Shown here in pieces: positions 28,527 to 32,000 of a DNA stretch of 32,000 nt. The translations under genes and the position numbers were made by a program. The notes under the pieces are model-generated. The model was not told the origin of the DNA. It worked only from the letters and a program-made list of their open reading frames with translations, and ran no database searches. The stretch spans positions 4,500,001-4,532,000 of the forward strand of contig NZ_CP064923.1 in assembly GCF_018336915.1 (NCBI RefSeq). Direction: 5' to 3'. The stretch's first letter is position 1. Every line of letters begins with the position of its first letter. This stretch comes from Acaryochloris marina S15. GTDB lineage: Bacteria; Cyanobacteriota; Cyanobacteriia; Thermosynechococcales; Thermosynechococcaceae.

Positions 28527-30344
28527 TTAGAAAGAGAACGTGGCTCTTACTAATCCCTGAATAATGTCATTGGGATTGCCGTTACTGACATTGAAAGGAT
28601 TGGTAATCAGCATGACAGTCGGTGTGATGGTAATGTTTTCGTTCACAGGGAACCGATAAAACGCTTCAAAGTTAGTTTGAGCGGAATAATTAGGATCCGT
28701 AGTGCTGACAATAAACGGCTGACCAGCTGCTACCGCAAGCATAGACCCCGGCACTAGCAAGTCATTCACACCAACACCTGCCATCCAAGTTTGGATGCTG
28801 CTGTTGTTGCCAACGGGAAGAACATTCTGGAATAAATCATTGTTAACCCCACCAAAAGCGAGTTGAGGGTCAATGGAAATTCCATAGCGGCCAAAAATGC
28901 CGAATTGTCCCAGGGTCAACTCAACGTTGGCACCAATGATATTTTGGTTCACGTTATAGGTTTCAGCATGGGTAAACTGAGCCCGAACCGCAAAATTATT
29001 TTGGTCATCTTCACCAAAGTCATTGGTATATTCAATCTCTGCTGAAGCTTGAAAGGGATCCCCAAACAAACCACCCTCACAGGTATTGAGAGGATCTGCA
29101 CAGGAATTTACGGCAGTACCAGACGCAATTCCAGCATCTGCTGCAATAAATAGACCCCGAACGCTAATAGGACCACCGTTGACATTCCAATCAAACGCAG
29201 CACCTGCACCACCAGGACCGTCAACCGCTTCAGAGATGATCAGAGGGTTATTAATGAAGAAGCCAGAACTGAAATCAGCCGCTTCATCATTGGCGTAACT
29301 GTTGCCATCAATAAAGGCACTAGGATAAATCAAGGGACCGACGGTTACAGCTAGGTTCTCGACGGGCTTGAAGGTATATCCCAAGTTATACAAGGTAACA
29401 CCAGGGCCAGAACCGGTATAGTCCACCACACCAGGATCGCCTAAAGTCGTGGCTGTTCCTGCACCAACAACGGGAGGAACAGGGAAGAAATTAGCGGGAC
29501 CCGCCACACCTGCAGATGAGAAGAAATCAGAACCACCGTTGCCAGTTTCCAATGTCAAATCTAGGACATCATCTCCATTGAAGCTGGTAAGGAACGACAT
29601 TCGTACCCGAGAAATTGCACTCACCCGAGAATCTCCTGGATCAACGTTAGCAATACCAGGTGCCCCCGTATCAACAGCGGCCACACCTGTTGCCGCAGCA
29701 TTCGGGGTGGGAATATTATCCCCAGGGTTATTCAAGAAATCCCCAAACTGGGCCGCCATCACGACTTGAGCTTGAAGTTTAGTCGTGGTTGAGAACTGTT
29801 GCGATTCTACGGTGGCAACACGAGCTTCTAGACCATCAACGCGACCACGCAAGGTTGCTAGTTCAGCCGCAAATTCATCCTGAAGAGCCTTGAGAGCATC
29901 TAAGTCTTCTTTGGTAGCAAATCGATTGCTGAGATTATCCAAACAAGCATTCACCAAAGCAGCAGCTTCCCGACGAGACATGGCCCGGCTGGGGCGGAAC
30001 GTACCGTTTGGGTAACCCGCAACGCAACCATAGCGCTCTACCAAAGATTGGATGGCTTGGAAAGCCCAGTCATCAGGCTGCACATCTGAGAGTTGAGAGA
30101 CCGATGTGACCTGACCGACAGAATCGGCTTCCGTTTCAGACATGAGATCGGAAACAGCTGGCGTATTATCGGCTAAGACTAAAGGCTGTTGCGGACTTTC
30201 TTGAGAAATGGCGGGAGCTTGCTCTAGGGATTCATCAGAAATCTCTGAGCTTTCCAAGGATAAAGTACTAGCACTGGCCATACCCGTGACCATTAGTGCA
30301 CTGGATAAGCCAATCACACTAGCTAGCAAACGAAAATACTTCAT
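28527..30344 (-). CDS. Outer-membrane porin with N-terminal SLH domain (cyanobacterial OprB/Som-type, iron-uptake porin class)
   Basis: Signal peptide MKYFRLLASVIGLSSALMVTGMASA. SLH domain (VQPDDWAFQAIQSLVERYGCVAGYPNGTFRPSRAMSRREAAALV). Coiled-coil linker, then a Gly/Asn/aromatic-rich beta-barrel ending in RATFSF. ATG at 30344 is preceded by GAGGA. Confidence 0.88.
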   Translation of the reverse strand: MKYFRLLASVIGLSSALMVTGMASASTLSLESSEISDESLEQAPAISQESPQQPLVLADNTPAVSDLMSETEADSVGQVTSVSQLSDVQPDDWAFQAIQSLVERYGCVAGYPNGTFRPSRAMSRREAAALVNACLDNLSNRFATKEDLDALKALQDEFAAELATLRGRVDGLEARVATVESQQFSTTTKLQAQVVMAAQFGDFLNNPGDNIPTPNAAATGVAAVDTGAPGIANVDPGDSRVSAISRVRMSFLTSFNGDDVLDLTLETGNGGSDFFSSAGVAGPANFFPVPPVVGAGTATTLGDPGVVDYTGSGPGVTLYNLGYTFKPVENLAVTVGPLIYPSAFIDGNSYANDEAADFSSGFFINNPLIISEAVDGPGGAGAAFDWNVNGGPISVRGLFIAADAGIASGTAVNSCADPLNTCEGGLFGDPFQASAEIEYTNDFGEDDQNNFAVRAQFTHAETYNVNQNIIGANVELTLGQFGIFGRYGISIDPQLAFGGVNNDLFQNVLPVGNNSSIQTWMAGVGVNDLLVPGSMLAVAAGQPFIVSTTDPNYSAQTNFEAFYRFPVNENITITPTVMLITNPFNVSNGNPNDIIQGLVRATFSF

Positions 30345-30420
30345 ATTAATCCTCACACACTATTTTTGTTGGAATTAGAGTGGGGGATCCTAATGTTGAT
30401 AGGACGCCACTACAAACCTA

Positions 30421-30439
30421 GATAATGATAATCATTATC
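30421..30439. promoter_or_regulatory. Fur box (19/19 match to GATAATGATAATCATTATC)
   Basis: Exact consensus, embedded in a perfect 13-1-13 palindrome at 30417-30443. It lies 77-95 nt upstream of the porin ATG. Confidence 0.8.
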
Positions 30440-30453
30440 TAGGTTTTCTTCAA
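30425..30453 (-). promoter_or_regulatory. Candidate porin promoter
   Basis: Minus strand reads TTGAAG (30453-30448), 17 bp, TATCAT (30430-25). The spacer and -10 are covered by the Fur box. Confidence 0.5.
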
Positions 30454-30489
30454 TAGAGAAGAAACTTAAATGAACTCACCAATCTTCTG

Positions 30490-31047
30490 TTAGAAGTGCT
30501 GTTGAAGAATGTTGGTGATGTTTTTGGGCTTTACTTTGGTGTAGCGAGCCTTGTCAGGTAAAACAACAAGGTTAGGTCCGGCTTTACATTTACCGATACA
30601 GCCCATAGGTTGCAGTTGAATCTCTTTGTCTTGGCCTGAGGCTTGCAAAGCTGAATTCAATGCTGTTAAAACTTGTTGACTGCCGCGTTTACGACAGCTC
30701 GATTTTTGGCAAATTCTAATTTTGCCCTTTTGAACGTTACCAACAAGCTCAGAAGGCTGTTGAGAAGATGAAGGTGAGGAGTTGGGGAGGGCAGGCATGA
30801 TAGTCTTTGCCTTGAGTTTTATCTTGCCTGTTTTGATATTGATTTTTTGGCAACCCTGCACTTGAATCCATGCTCCGGGTTGCAAAATCCCAGAGCAGGC
30901 TGGGCGCAGAGACTTGGCTAGCTTAATATCTTGCTCTCCTTGGGAGGTAGCCAGACGAATCCCTTTGACACTACAGCCCTTTGACAAGATATAAGTTAAA
31001 AATCGACCACTCAGGGTGAATTCTGACTTTTTTGTATGTTTACCCAT
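30490..31047 (-). CDS. Thioredoxin-like [2Fe-2S] ferredoxin domain protein with an unassigned N-terminal domain
   Basis: The C-terminal ~75 aa carry C-x4-C (ICQKSSCRKRG) and C-x3-C (GCIGKCKAGPNLVV), as in NuoE/thioredoxin-like 2Fe-2S ferredoxins. The N-terminal ~100 aa are Lys-rich with no motif I recognise. Confidence 0.7.
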   Translation of the reverse strand: MGKHTKKSEFTLSGRFLTYILSKGCSVKGIRLATSQGEQDIKLAKSLRPACSGILQPGAWIQVQGCQKINIKTGKIKLKAKTIMPALPNSSPSSSQQPSELVGNVQKGKIRICQKSSCRKRGSQQVLTALNSALQASGQDKEIQLQPMGCIGKCKAGPNLVVLPDKARYTKVKPKNITNILQQHF

Positions 31048-31093
31048 GAACTTTTAAGTGCGTATTCCTTAAATGATTTAGATAAAGTCTTGA

Positions 31094-31658
31094 TTAAAGT
31101 GAGTGCTGCTCTTGGAGAGATTGCCATAAATAGCTAGGAATATCAGGAGCTGGGCAGTGCATAAATGCAATATTACCCAAATCACCTTTGCAATAGTGGA
31201 GTCCCACTTTTGCACTACCATCTAGGATGCTCTGGCAAGGAACCTCAGGTGCCTGAGCACTGCCAATGAAGAAATCAACCCAGTCATCCTGCTCTTGTCG
31301 GATACAAGGTAAGGGCTCTAGGCCTGAATCTCTAAGGTTTCTAGTTCCAGCACTGTTCCAACCAGTCAACCAGTTCTGCCCGAGAAGCGACAAACTGCTG
31401 GAGAACACTGTAAATTTGAGCGGCTTCCACATCATTGTTAATCTCCACTTGCAACGATCCATCTGAGGAACACCAAGCATTAACAGAGAGTTCCAGCAGC
31501 CGTCGCAGAACCTGTCGGCAATCGCCAGGACACACTCTCAATATGAGGGATTCAACAGTGGACTGATATCCAGATGGGCGCATCCATAACCTCCAAACGG
31601 TTTGATAGGGTTGTGCTGTACTTGAACCAAAACGATCCCCACTTAGCAACATCGTCAC
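31094..31658 (-). pseudogene. Hypothetical Cys-rich protein split between two overlapping frames (31341..31658 and 31094..31480)
   Basis: The upstream frame ends ...AELVDWLEQCWN*. Protein-like sequence continues in the +1 frame (..NLRDSGLEPLPCIRQEQDDWVDFF...). The downstream frame has no plausible start outside the overlap. This could be a frameshift mutation or a sequencing error. Confidence 0.5.
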
Positions 31659-31660
31659 GT

Positions 31661-32000
31661 CTACGCAACCTTAAGGCTGTCACTCACCCAGAAATGGGCA
31701 AGGTAGAATACTCTTTCTTCAGGGGTAAGCAGCAGTTGTTCAAGCAGATAACGGGTTGCACGAGCACAGAGGCTTTCAGCCTGGGCGACTTGCGATCTCA
31801 ACAGAGAAATCACCGATTTCTCTGCAGCTAAGTCATGCTCCACCATCTGCGGCTCTGTAAAGCAGCCATCCTCCTGAGGGGTATCAGCACCCTCAACGAC
31901 AAAGTGGTGTTTTTGATACTGCAAATAGAGACCTTGAAAACTAGCTAGCACAATATTCAAGCCTTCACACACCGGAATGGTAACGTCTATATCCAACCCG
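31661..32000 (-). CDS. Dps/ferritin-like protein, 5'-partial (runs off the window), apparently lacking helix B
   Basis: [27 protein letters not shown] resembles Dps helix [25 protein letters not shown] and [24 protein letters not shown] resemble helices C and D. The reading frame is open to position 32000; the ORF-track M is a TTG codon. Confidence 0.5.
   Translation of the reverse strand, partial: GLDIDVTIPVCEGLNIVLASFQGLYLQYQKHHFVVEGADTPQEDGCFTEPQMVEHDLAAEKSVISLLRSQVAQAESLCARATRYLLEQLLLTPEERVFYLAHFWVSDSLKVA

Noticed and set aside
31055-31080. AT-rich ttaaatgatttagataaag upstream of the 2Fe-2S gene as a Fur box
   Set aside because: My best alignment gives only about 9/19 matches to the consensus, indistinguishable from background AT-rich sequence.
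31338-31350. Programmed +1 frameshift at AAC-UAG-A (prfB-like)
   Set aside because: There is no slippery P-site codon (AAC to ACU re-pairing is not cognate) and no upstream SD-like stimulator. A mutation or sequencing error is more parsimonious.
31356-31374. Tandem CTGGTTG-a-CTGGTTG repeat as the cause of the frameshift in the split unknown gene
   Set aside because: Deleting one 8-nt copy puts the reading into the third frame, which hits a stop within ~17 codons. It does not join the two observed ORFs.

Overview
This is a cyanobacterial chromosomal segment. Evidence: nine copies of the HIP1 octamer GCGATCGC, a form-IB RuBisCO operon, and plastid-like gene content. About 80% of the window (1-26 kb) is conserved housekeeping sequence. 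It holds rbcL-rbcX-rbcS (-), the str operon rpsL-rpsG-fusA-tuf-rpsJ (-), ybaB, murC-murB (-), obg, an Hpt protein, a NarL-type response regulator, ccdA-ccs1, ftsW, lnt, an FKBP isomerase, two paralogous GNAT acetyltransferases, a J-domain/TPR gene pair, a TrmJ-like methyltransferase and a membrane-anchored class-A beta-lactamase-like hydrolase. The last ~6 kb looks more accessory. It contains a 523-bp gene-free gap and an intact 903-bp IS1-family element with inverted repeats, an 8-bp target duplication and an A7 frameshift site. It also contains an SLH/OprB-type porin whose promoter is overlapped by a 19/19 match to the Fur-box consensus. Upstream on the same strand lie a thioredoxin-like [2Fe-2S] protein, an unknown gene split by a frameshift, and a Dps-like ORF that seems to lack helix B. 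I saw no rRNA, tRNA or CRISPR array, and no convincing defence or toxin-antitoxin module. The best candidate for something new is this Fur-linked minus-strand cluster at 28.5-32 kb. All product names come from motif recognition by eye; no database search was possible.
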